This document shows, piece by piece, positions 46,681-55,526 of a DNA stretch of 64,000 nucleotides. The notes below the pieces were generated by a model. The model saw only the letters and a list, made by a program, of their open reading frames with translations. It searched no databases and had not been told where the DNA came from. Both the position numbers and the translations under genes were made by a program. The stretch is from Minisyncoccota bacterium (lineage in GTDB: Bacteria > Patescibacteriota > Minisyncoccia > Phycocordibacterales > UBA9973), in NCBI GenBank assembly GCA_025453495.1, contig JALOQM010000001.1, forward strand, positions 90,732 to 154,731, in the 5' to 3' direction. The first letter of the stretch is position 1; every line of letters begins with the position of its first letter.

Positions 46681-46941
46681 ATGGAATATCACAGACTTAC
46701 TACGTTTTTAGAAAAGATACAGTCGGTTATTTCAGCAAAATACCTAGAAAAAAAGCATATTATAGAGAGTGTGTATCTTTATGCAAAGATTGAAATAAAA
46801 GAAGAAAATATAGAGGTGCAAGGTAACATACTTAGGATAAAAATAAGTGGCTCGCAAAAAGCGGCACTTATTCTCCGTAAAAAAGAAATACTTGAAAAAA
46901 TAAATCTCTCAAGAAAAAACACTTTAGTAAATATTCTTTAA
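46681..46941 (+). CDS. DUF721/DciA-like small protein downstream of dnaN
   Basis: 86 aa; VQGNILRIKISGSQKAALILRKKEILEKINL resembles the DUF721 motif; conserved position after dnaN. Confidence 0.45.
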   Translation: MEYHRLTTFLEKIQSVISAKYLEKKHIIESVYLYAKIEIKEENIEVQGNILRIKISGSQKAALILRKKEILEKINLSRKNTLVNIL

Positions 46942-49490
46942 TTACGTGATGGGTCAACAAAGAATGAACTCTCAACTTCAGCACTATTGTATACAACATC
47001 ATAAGCGACAACTCGTATATTATTGTTTCCTTCTGTAATACCAAAATTAGAAGGAGTAAATGAAAAAACAAATGGCTGGTTTTTGACACTACCCACAAAT
47101 TGCCCATTTATAAAGATATCTCCTTTTACCAATGGATATCTCCCGGAACTAGTAATGGCAATAGTTACCCGTTCGTTGGGAAGATAGGAAGTACCGACTA
47201 CAGGAGAAGTAATCGCAATTTTCGGGACTGTTTCGAGTGTGTGTATATCATCAAAAGTTGTTGGTATATCTGATGCTCGGATGATTGGGTATCGAGCTCT
47301 ATTCTGTTCCCACCATTGTCTAATAGGGAATTCCCAATTTCTAAACTGAGGATCTTTTTCTGGTTCTTCAGGTCTTGCACCAAGTGGGTCATTTTTGTTT
47401 ACCCAATACAAAATTGAGCGGACATCGGTAATAACTTTTTCTTCAAGTGTTTCCTTTGGAGTAAAACTAGTAGCACGTTTCCCGGAAATTGTGTCAACAA
47501 GAAAACTTTCTCCACCAAGCCAAACACCTCTGATAACTGGTTTAAGTTTTTCTAAGTCATTTGGTATAACCGGCGGCTCAAATTCTTCTTCTGGAAGCAA
47601 TGGAAGCACTTCTTCCATAAATGCACGCCACAATGGAGCTATAATAGTTCCTGATGTTTTTTTGACCATTGGTGAATTGTCATTATTTCCAGCCCAAGTA
47701 CCTACTACAAGCGATGGGGTATACCCAACTGTCCATACATCGCGGTAATCGTTGGTAGTACCTGTTTTTGCCGCAACAGCACGTTCTCTAAAATAGAGTG
47801 GTGAGTTCGCCCCAAATAGGGGAGTTCTCGCGGTGTTATCAGAAAGAATATCAGAGATCATAAGTGCAACATTTTTTGGAAGTACTGTCGCCTCGGCGAT
47901 GATTGCTTCTTCTAGTACACTACCATTTGCATTTTCTATTTTTAATATAGAGCGATATGGATTTCTTACGCCACCATTTGCAAAAACACCATACGCGGAA
48001 GTGATATCAAGTAGTGATACTTCACCACCACCAAGCACAAGAGTCAGTCCATAGCGCGAAGGATCAGTAAGTGTTTTTATTCCCATATCCTTTGCTGTTC
48101 GCAACGCATCCTTTATACCGACAAGATACAGTGCTTTGACTGCCGGGACGTTTATTGACTGTGCGAGCGCATTGCGTAGGTTTATTGGTCCACGATAGAG
48201 GCCATCATAGTTTTCTGGCATATAGCAGTCATTTTGATTGTAGCCAGGGTAGGCGCGACCAAGTGGATCACAAGTAGTTTGGAATTCTGTCGGCAGATCA
48301 AAGAGCACAGTATTTGGCGTATATCCTTTTTCAAATGCTGCTGCGTAGACGAATGGTTTAAATGCTGAGCCAGGCTGTCGCTTTGCAAGGGCAATATTGT
48401 AATTCCCATCAATTTCCTTATCGAAATAATCTTTTGAACCAACCATTGTCAAAATGTCTCCATTTTTGGGGTCAATAGCAACAAGAGAAGCGTTTGAAGC
48501 ATTAAATTTTTCTTTGTTCAGCGTCGCATATTCTTTAACAACCGCTTCACCTTTTTGTTGCATTGTGTAATCAAGTGTTGTTGTGACCTTTAGACCACCA
48601 GTTTCTAAAGTATCTTTTCCGTATTTGCTCTCAAGATATTCTTTTATAAAAAACACAAAATGTGGTGCTTTGATGCTGCTTGGTGACTGTGGAAGGAATG
48701 CAACAGCTTCTGCTTGTGCGATTTCATTCTCTGTTTTTGTGATAAATCTAAGAGCTTCCATGCGATCAAGTACTAGATTTTTTCTCTTATCAAGATCTGC
48801 ACGATTCTTTCCATAAGGAGAATAGTACGTAGGGAGTTGTGGAATCGCGGCAAGATAGGCTGCTTCGGCAAGAGTAAGGTCTTTGGCAGCTTTGCCAAAG
48901 TATTGTCGTGATGCTTCTTGTATACCGTATATAGTGCCACCATATGGAGCCTCGTTTAGATATAAAGCAAGAATATCGTCTTTGCTCATTGAGGCATCGA
49001 GCTTTATAGCAAGTACCCATTCTTTTGTTTTTCGCGCAATTGTTTTTTCTGGAGACAACAGTGTCATTTTTATGACTTGTTGGGTAATGGTTGAGCCACC
49101 TTGTGTTGAGCCACCCGGGATAGTATTTGAGAGCACTGCGCGTATGATTGAAGTAATGCGGATACCATGGTGGCTATAAAATTCCGCATCTTCAATCGCA
49201 ATAGTAGCGTTTTTTGAATACTGGCTTATTTCCGAAAGTGGTACAACAGTTCTCTTTTTATCTTGATGTAGATCATAGAGAAGTATCTCTCCTGTACGAT
49301 CATATATTTTTGTTGATCCTTTTGTATTGATATCCTCAAGTACCTTAAAATCAGGGATTTTTACCGTCGCAATCCAGACAATAAGAGTTCCAATGAGTAA
49401 AACACCAATACTCATAAAAAGAAGGGCGAGGTTTGTCGCAGTGCTTCGGTGTTTGTGCCAGTGTTTCTTGAGTTTTGTATTAAGCTTCAT
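46938..49490 (-). CDS. mrcA: Bifunctional class A penicillin-binding protein (glycosyltransferase plus transpeptidase) with a C-terminal extension of about 200 aa
   Basis: GT51 motifs (EDAEFYSHHGI, GGSTITQQ); transpeptidase SAFK, SIN and KTGT motifs; N-terminal TM; start chosen at MKLNTKLKK. Confidence 0.9.
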   Translation of the reverse strand: MKLNTKLKKHWHKHRSTATNLALLFMSIGVLLIGTLIVWIATVKIPDFKVLEDINTKGSTKIYDRTGEILLYDLHQDKKRTVVPLSEISQYSKNATIAIEDAEFYSHHGIRITSIIRAVLSNTIPGGSTQGGSTITQQVIKMTLLSPEKTIARKTKEWVLAIKLDASMSKDDILALYLNEAPYGGTIYGIQEASRQYFGKAAKDLTLAEAAYLAAIPQLPTYYSPYGKNRADLDKRKNLVLDRMEALRFITKTENEIAQAEAVAFLPQSPSSIKAPHFVFFIKEYLESKYGKDTLETGGLKVTTTLDYTMQQKGEAVVKEYATLNKEKFNASNASLVAIDPKNGDILTMVGSKDYFDKEIDGNYNIALAKRQPGSAFKPFVYAAAFEKGYTPNTVLFDLPTEFQTTCDPLGRAYPGYNQNDCYMPENYDGLYRGPINLRNALAQSINVPAVKALYLVGIKDALRTAKDMGIKTLTDPSRYGLTLVLGGGEVSLLDITSAYGVFANGGVRNPYRSILKIENANGSVLEEAIIAEATVLPKNVALMISDILSDNTARTPLFGANSPLYFRERAVAAKTGTTNDYRDVWTVGYTPSLVVGTWAGNNDNSPMVKKTSGTIIAPLWRAFMEEVLPLLPEEEFEPPVIPNDLEKLKPVIRGVWLGGESFLVDTISGKRATSFTPKETLEEKVITDVRSILYWVNKNDPLGARPEEPEKDPQFRNWEFPIRQWWEQNRARYPIIRASDIPTTFDDIHTLETVPKIAITSPVVGTSYLPNERVTIAITSSGRYPLVKGDIFINGQFVGSVKNQPFVFSFTPSNFGITEGNNNIRVVAYDVVYNSAEVESSFFVDPSRN

Positions 49491-49558
49491 CTTTGCATAA
49501 TACCATGGAATACCTAGACGAACGGACAAATTCGTACAGTTGTGGTACAGTACTACGT

Positions 49559-50764
49559 ATGAAAAATACGCGCAAAGAGGGCGAAAAACTGTGGGCATTT
49601 CTGGAGAGGGGGGTTGCCTCTGTATATCCAAGCAAGGAATATGTCACCGCGCGTTTGCTGGAAGGCAAAAAACTAAAAGTGTATTTTGGTATAGATCCGA
49701 CCGGGCCAACATTGCATCTTGGCCATATGATTGGAATTAAAAAACTGGCTGAATTTCAAGAGCTTGGGCACTCTGTTGTTCTCCTCATCGGTGACTTTAC
49801 TGCGATGATTGGAGATCCGACGGACAAAGGAGCGACACGCAAACAACTTTCACGGAAGGAAATTCTCACAAACATGAAGCTGTATAAAAAACAGGCCTCG
49901 GCACTTCTGCGGTTTTCCGGAAAAAACAAGGCAGAGATCGCGTATAACTCAAAATGGCTCGGCAAAATGAAATTCGGAGATGTGCTTGATCTTGCATCAA
50001 AGATGACCGTTCAGCAAATGCTCGAACGCGATATGTTTGAGCGCCGAATAGAAGAGGGGAAGCCGATACATATACACGAGTTTCTCTATCCGCTCATGCA
50101 AGGATATGACTCGGTTGCCATGCAAATAGACGGAGAAATCGGCGGCAACGACCAGACATTTAATATGCTCGCCGGCAGAACACTTGAAAAACTTCTGCTT
50201 GATAAAGAAAAATTTGTCATTGCGACGAAGTTACTTGAAGACGCAACAGGCAAGAAGATGGGAAAAACCGAGGGCAATATGGTAAGCCTTATCGATACAC
50301 CAAAAGACATGTTTGGAAAGATAATGAGCTGGACCGACGGATTGATTATCCCAGCATTTGAACTGTGCACCATGGCAACAATGGAAGACATTGAAGCAAT
50401 CAAAGAGTCTTTGGTAAACGGTGCGAATCCGCGCGATGCCAAAGCGCGACTCGCCCGAGAGATTGTCTCCTTGTATCACGGAGAAAAAAAGGGAAAAGAA
50501 GCGGAAGACGCTTTCTTCCAGACGTTTCAGAGGGGAGAAGTGCCAACCGATATCCAGACTGAGAAAGCAAAAAAAGACGAGCAACTTGTCGCCGTATTGT
50601 TGCGCTTGGGGGTTGTTTCGTCAAAAAGTGAATGGCGGAGACTTGTAGAGGAGGGTGCAGTGACACATCTTGAAAGTGATACTAAAATAACTGATCCACA
50701 AGCGAGCCCTGAACTAGGAACCTACAAAATCGGCAAAAAACGCTTCCTAAAGATTACTAAATAA
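49559..50764 (+). CDS. tyrS: Tyrosine--tRNA ligase
   Basis: GIDPTGPTLHLGH (HIGH), KMGKTEGN (KMSKS), C-terminal S4-like domain; the upstream alternative start at 49493 would put the two divergent gene starts (tyrS 49493, PBP 49490) only a few nt apart. Confidence 0.85.
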   Translation: MKNTRKEGEKLWAFLERGVASVYPSKEYVTARLLEGKKLKVYFGIDPTGPTLHLGHMIGIKKLAEFQELGHSVVLLIGDFTAMIGDPTDKGATRKQLSRKEILTNMKLYKKQASALLRFSGKNKAEIAYNSKWLGKMKFGDVLDLASKMTVQQMLERDMFERRIEEGKPIHIHEFLYPLMQGYDSVAMQIDGEIGGNDQTFNMLAGRTLEKLLLDKEKFVIATKLLEDATGKKMGKTEGNMVSLIDTPKDMFGKIMSWTDGLIIPAFELCTMATMEDIEAIKESLVNGANPRDAKARLAREIVSLYHGEKKGKEAEDAFFQTFQRGEVPTDIQTEKAKKDEQLVAVLLRLGVVSSKSEWRRLVEEGAVTHLESDTKITDPQASPELGTYKIGKKRFLKITK

Positions 50765-50767
50765 TAA

Positions 50768-50797
50768 AACTCCCACAATGTGGGAGTTTTATTATTT
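50768..50797. terminator. Bidirectional rho-independent terminator
   Basis: aaaactcccacaatgtgggagtttta palindrome between tyrS and the acidic ORF. Confidence 0.6.
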
Positions 50798-51011
50798 AGT
50801 AGTTTTGGTCGGCGTCGCCTCCTATGAACTCTTCTTCCTCTTCCTCATCTTCATCATCAAGGTCGAAGTCTTCGTCTTCATCATCTTCGTCATCCATAGC
50901 GTCGTCATCTTCAGTCATATCATCTTCATCATCTTTGTCGTCTTCGCCATTATAACCAAGTACTTCCTCTTCTTCATCTCCTTTTGAATAATTTTCGTCG
51001 TCGTAACTCAT
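50796..51011 (-). CDS. Hyper-acidic small protein (71 aa, about two-thirds Asp/Glu)
   Basis: MSYDDENYSKGDEEEEVLGYNGEDDKDDEDD...; intact ORF bracketed by a terminator and an AT-rich upstream region. Confidence 0.45.
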   Translation of the reverse strand: MSYDDENYSKGDEEEEVLGYNGEDDKDDEDDMTEDDDAMDDEDDEDEDFDLDDEDEEEEEEFIGGDADQNY

Positions 51012-51173
51012 GTACTAATTTTTTTATCTAGTAATCGGTATATATGTAACAAAAACTTTTTCGCTTTGCAATGAAAAATTCAATTTTATGTGGATAACCC
51101 AGTAGGTCATTTTGTGAACCATATTGGCACTCAGAAGCATTGTTACAATCAACAGTAAAGTATCTACATTCGG

Positions 51174-51653
51174 CTATATACGATCGATTGCAAGCGAAGT
51201 GATGGCGATTGCAATTGCGTCCATTTCATCATCTGAATGCACTTTTTTGTCGAGTATTGCTAGTTTTTCAGTCATACGCATAACCTGTTGCTTGTCCGCG
51301 CCACCTGCGCCAGTTACTGCCACTTTTATCTGTATTGGGGTGTACTCAAAGATAGGAAGACCGACTTGCGCGGCGCTATACAGAATCACACCACGTGCTT
51401 CAGCTACCGCGATTGCAGTTTTTCGGTTCTTTTCCATAAAAAAGAGTGTTTCTGTGGCTAGCCGTTCAGGCGCGTACTCTCTTATAATTCGCGTGACTTC
51501 TGCGCCAACAAGAGCGAGACGTTCGGGATGGGGGAGTTTTGCACTTGTCTTAAAACAATCTGAATAGATAACATGCTCCTTTCCAGTGCCGTTTTTTTCG
51601 ACGATTGCAATTCCAAGGCGCTCATATCCAGGATCAATAGCAATGATTTTCAT
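51174..51653 (-). CDS. ruvC: Crossover junction endodeoxyribonuclease RuvC
   Basis: MKIIAIDPGYERLGIAIVE N-terminus with catalytic Asp; RNase H-like fold length. Confidence 0.9.
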   Translation of the reverse strand: MKIIAIDPGYERLGIAIVEKNGTGKEHVIYSDCFKTSAKLPHPERLALVGAEVTRIIREYAPERLATETLFFMEKNRKTAIAVAEARGVILYSAAQVGLPIFEYTPIQIKVAVTGAGGADKQQVMRMTEKLAILDKKVHSDDEMDAIAIAITSLAIDRI

Positions 51654-51740
51654 ACTGGTGTTTTTACAAGTAGTGTAGTTTACTATTTTTTAATACTTAT
51701 TTTTACTATACGCAAAATACCAGAAAGATCCAATTTTATT

Positions 51741-52045
51741 TTGACAATATATATAGGTTTATATATATTGTAGTTAGGGAAATACTTTGAAGAAAATAAT
51801 AAATGATTCCTTGGTACAGGGAATAGGACAAACCAGACCCTCTGGGATAGATTGATTGGAGAAATCCACAAAAAAATCGATGCTTCTGGGGTTGTAGGAC
51901 CTTAATGCAAGGCTCCTGAGTATGCTCTATGTTAGAACGTACGAAAGTATTAAGACTAACTTAGCAGAACCTGCGTGCTTGCAACACGCAATCCTAAACG
52001 AAGTTATTTCTCTTGCCTGCTCTTGTAGCAGGCTTTTTCTTTTTG
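51741..52045 (+). ncRNA. Candidate small RNA in the ruvC-ruvB gap: sigma70-like promoter, several stem-loops, strong terminator
   Basis: TTGACA (51741-51746), then 17 nt, then TATATT; terminal hairpin gcctgctcttgtagcaggc followed by tttttctttttg (about 52015-52045); no ORF over 62 aa; no gene on the plus strand upstream. Confidence 0.25.
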
Positions 52046-52064
52046 TAAGTATTGTTTTGTTTGA

Positions 52065-53093
52065 TTAACACTCATTCGAATCTTTATTTTCTGGATAATC
52101 AAAACCAAGATGGTCATAGGCTTTTTGGGTCGCAACGCGACCTTTTGCGGTGCGCTCGAGAAGTCCAAGTTGGATAAGATAGGGTTCAGTTACTTCTTCA
52201 ATTGTTGCCTCTTCTTCAGCAGTTGCTGCGGCAATAGTCTTGAGTCCCACTGGGCCGCCATCAAATTTATCGATAATTGTTTCGAGTACTTTTCGGTCAG
52301 ATGAGGAGAGACCAAGTTCGTCGATACCAAGTAGCGAGAGCGCTTCATGGACAGTTTTTTTTGATAAGGATTTTTTGTGGACTTGGGCAAAATCACGCAC
52401 TCTTTTTATAAGATAGTTTGCGGTACGTGGAGTGAAGCGACTTCGTCTAGCTATTTCCTCAAGCGCATCATCTTCGAGTGTATGTTCTGTGCCGAGAATA
52501 GAGAGTGATCTGCGAGCGATTTCCTTGATCTCTTCATCAGTATAAAATTCAAGACGAAATACACCACCAGAAAATCGCGATCGCAGTGGAGAAGAAAGAA
52601 GTGCAATCCTTGTGGTTGCTGCAACAAGCGTGAATGGTGGCAAATCAAGCTGGATAGTACGTGCTGATGGCCCTTTACCGATGATAATATCGAGTGAGCC
52701 GGATTCCATAGCAGGGTAGAGAATTTCTTCCACCATTTTATTGAGTCGATGAATCTCATCGATGAAGAGAATATCTCCTGGAGAGAGGTTTGTGAGTATT
52801 GATGCAAGGTCACCAACCTTCTCAATTGCGGGTCCAGAAGTGACTTTCATCTGTCGTCCAGTCTCGTGTGCAATCAAGTGGGCAAGGGTAGTTTTCCCCA
52901 GTCCAGGCGGTCCGTAAAAAAGGATATGTTCGGGTGGTTGATTGCGCCCTCGAGCAGCTTCCAAGAGGATGTGTAGATTATCCTTTATCTGTTTTTGACC
53001 AATATATTCAGCCCATTTCGAAGGTCTAAGCTTTGAATCAAGGAAAATGTCATCTTCTCTCTTTTCTTGTTTTTTTTGTGTTGGACTTGACAT
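52065..53093 (-). CDS. ruvB: Holliday junction branch-migration ATPase RuvB
   Basis: AAA+ Walker [12 protein letters not shown], Walker [12 protein letters not shown]-terminal winged-helix region. Confidence 0.9.
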   Translation of the reverse strand: MSSPTQKKQEKREDDIFLDSKLRPSKWAEYIGQKQIKDNLHILLEAARGRNQPPEHILFYGPPGLGKTTLAHLIAHETGRQMKVTSGPAIEKVGDLASILTNLSPGDILFIDEIHRLNKMVEEILYPAMESGSLDIIIGKGPSARTIQLDLPPFTLVAATTRIALLSSPLRSRFSGGVFRLEFYTDEEIKEIARRSLSILGTEHTLEDDALEEIARRSRFTPRTANYLIKRVRDFAQVHKKSLSKKTVHEALSLLGIDELGLSSSDRKVLETIIDKFDGGPVGLKTIAAATAEEEATIEEVTEPYLIQLGLLERTAKGRVATQKAYDHLGFDYPENKDSNEC

Positions 53094-53496
53094 AATAATT
53101 TAGTATGCTATACTTACTCACAGTAAATCCACAAAGTGACTTTTGTGAGTTACGAATCGTGATACAGTATACCACGTTGGTTCATTACATGAATTTTGAA
53201 ATAAAAGAGAATATGAATCTCTAAGCAATCAGGCTCCGGTCATAGGAGTCTAAAAAGGACGTCTTGGTTATTATTTATAATCTACTGGGGCTATCCTCTG
53301 AGGACTTCTTACTTTTGCGGTATAACTGCAAAAGGATTGTTTGGAGATTCATGCTCTTTTTAAAAAATGTATCAGAGTCGTATCGCGGACTTTGGTTGTA
53401 ATTAGGACAGCGATATATCGCTTGGTGTCAGGCTACCGACCTTGCGATGAAGAAGAGTAGCGTGTTTGATTGCGACCGTGGCAGTAGGCCTCGGTG

Positions 53497-53530
53497 TCCA
53501 AAAAGCGGTTCATTTCTGAACCGCTTTTCT
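53497..53530. terminator. Palindromic hairpin (bidirectional terminator-like) in the ruvB-pilB intergenic region
   Basis: aaaagcggttcatttctgaaccgctttt. Confidence 0.5.
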
Positions 53531-53582
53531 TTTTTATATATATTCCACCGATTCCGTTTCAAAATGTCTGGTTGGGCAAGTT

Positions 53583-53620
53583 TTGTAGTTTTTGCTTTTG
53601 CAAAAACTACAAAAGTGAAG
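53583..53620. repeat. Perfect 15-bp inverted repeat hairpin downstream of pilB
   Basis: ttttgtagtttttgc tttt gcaaaaactacaaaa. Confidence 0.5.
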
Positions 53621-53710
53621 CGACCCTGAGGGCTTTTGAAACAGAACGGTAGAAAAAAGAACACAGTATGTATGTTTGTCCTTAAATGATGAACGAGCGG
53701 AGCGAGGTAT

Positions 53711-55408
53711 CTAGTCTTCCTCAATATCTACCACACTTCTGACTTCTTCAAGTGAGGTAATACCATGTAGTGCTTTGATGATACCGTCTTCTTTCATATC
53801 GAGTATGCCTTGTGTTTGGGCGACGCGTTTGATTTCTCTCTCACTTGGATTTTCTGGAATAATTTTTTCGATAGCCTCATTTGTCAGTATCGCTTCAAAG
53901 ACGCCAATACGTCCTTTGTAGCCGGTGTTATCACATTTCTCGCAGCCAACAGGTTCCCACAGTGTGATTTTCTGATCAGGTGTGACACCGTAGCGAGACA
54001 ACTCTTTGCCTTTTTGCGCTGCCGACTCTAGTATTTTGCGCAGTAGGGTGTCATCTGGTTGTGTTGCTGTACGTTCTTTTTTGCAGTGTTCGCAGAGTTT
54101 TCTGATGAGACGCTGTGCCATTGAGACAGAAAGAGCACTTGGGATAATTTTTGGATTGACTTCAAGGTCAATCAGACGAGGAATGACGCCAGCAGCATTG
54201 TTGGTATGTAAAGTAGAAAATACCATATGGCCAGTAAGTGCTGCTTCGACTGCGATTTTTGCTGTTTCAGCGTCGCGGATTTCTCCCACCATTACCACAT
54301 CAGGATCTTGTCTGAGTGCTGAGCGAAGACCCTCAAGAAAGGTAAATCCTTTTTTGTGATCAGCTTGTGTTTGCGTGATACCGGTAATGTGATATTCTAT
54401 CGGGTCTTCGATAGTGATGATTTTTATCTCAGGATTGTAAATTTTTCGAAGGAAGGCGTAGAGTGTCGTTGTTTTACCACTACCTGTCGGACCAGTGAGT
54501 AAGATGAGACCGTGCGGTTTTGTGATTTCTTTGTTTACGATCTCAAAGAGCCGCGGTTCCATACCAAGGTCTTCGAGTTTTCCTTTTATTGATTTTGGAT
54601 TGAGGACACGCATGACGATCGTCTCGCCATACGCAGATGGTATTGTTGAGGTGCGAATGTTTACTTCTTCACCAGATTTCAAAAATATACTGAAGCGGCC
54701 ATCTTGTGGAGTATTTTCTGCAGTAATCTTCATACCAGAGAGCAGTTTGATACGCGAGTTTAGTAAACGATTCGTTTTTTGCTCAAGGACCATAGCGTCA
54801 TGCAAGAGTCCATCCAAACGATAGCGTAGACGAACTGTTTCTTGTTCAGGCTCTATGTGTACGTCTGAGGCATCAAGCGCAATAGCACTACCAAGGAGCA
54901 CTTCGAGAAGCTGTGATGTTTTGTGTGTTTCCCTAGTTACTTCTTCGACGACACCTTTTATGTCAGTTATAGATCTGACTTTGTCGGCGATAGAAAGCAG
55001 TATTTGATTAGAAATATCAAGACCGCCCGATTTTGAGGCTGAAGCAAGAGAGATTTCATGGTAGCGCTTCCAGACTTTTTCGACGCTGGCATGTGATGCC
55101 ATATAGAGCACTGGAGAGAAGCCTTGTCCTTCAACGCGTTTTTCTACTGATGAGACAAGCTCAGGTCGAGGAGAGAGTATGGCAACGTGCGCTTTTTTAC
55201 CCACTAATTTGAATGGTGCGATACCAAGCACACGCGCCTCATCTTCTGGGATAATACGCAGTGCTTCATTGTCGATAACAACACCAGCAAGATTGATATA
55301 GGGAATGTTGTATTTTGATGCAGCCAGGATGGACACCAGATCTTCCTCTTCTTGTTGTTTCAAATCCTCAAGCTGTTTTTGTTGTTTTTCTTCGTCAAAT
55401 TGGAGCAT
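53711..55408 (-). CDS. pilB: Type IV pilus assembly ATPase PilB (GspE/T2SS-E family)
   Basis: N-terminal T2SE_N-like domain, Walker A GPTGSGKTTT, Asp/His boxes, tetracysteine CEHC...CEKC motif. Confidence 0.9.
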   Translation of the reverse strand: MLQFDEEKQQKQLEDLKQQEEEDLVSILAASKYNIPYINLAGVVIDNEALRIIPEDEARVLGIAPFKLVGKKAHVAILSPRPELVSSVEKRVEGQGFSPVLYMASHASVEKVWKRYHEISLASASKSGGLDISNQILLSIADKVRSITDIKGVVEEVTRETHKTSQLLEVLLGSAIALDASDVHIEPEQETVRLRYRLDGLLHDAMVLEQKTNRLLNSRIKLLSGMKITAENTPQDGRFSIFLKSGEEVNIRTSTIPSAYGETIVMRVLNPKSIKGKLEDLGMEPRLFEIVNKEITKPHGLILLTGPTGSGKTTTLYAFLRKIYNPEIKIITIEDPIEYHITGITQTQADHKKGFTFLEGLRSALRQDPDVVMVGEIRDAETAKIAVEAALTGHMVFSTLHTNNAAGVIPRLIDLEVNPKIIPSALSVSMAQRLIRKLCEHCKKERTATQPDDTLLRKILESAAQKGKELSRYGVTPDQKITLWEPVGCEKCDNTGYKGRIGVFEAILTNEAIEKIIPENPSEREIKRVAQTQGILDMKEDGIIKALHGITSLEEVRSVVDIEED

Positions 55409-55526
55409 ACACGATATTTACAGTATAGCCTGTAATTCTTTTTCTATAACTTGACAGAATTATTTTATTATGCTAATCTTTGTACGGAAAAATCGAAAAA
55501 TAAATAAACTCAAAAAACCAACGATT

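Noticed and set aside
49493-49558. Upstream alternative start of tyrS (MHNTMEYLDERTNSYSCGTVLR)
   Set aside because: The extension is not part of the conserved TyrS N-terminus. It would also place the two divergent gene starts (tyrS 49493, PBP 49490) only a few nt apart. The internal Met at 49559 is preferred, but this is uncertain.
53094-53710. SRP RNA or RNase P RNA in the ruvB-pilB spacer
   Set aside because: Searched by eye for the SRP domain IV (GGAAGCAGC-type) and the RNase P P4/CR-I (AGGAAAGUCCGGGCUCC, ACAGAA.CCGGCUUA) signatures. Only weak partial resemblances were found (gtgtcagg..gaagaagagtagcg; acagaacgg), so no specific family is called.
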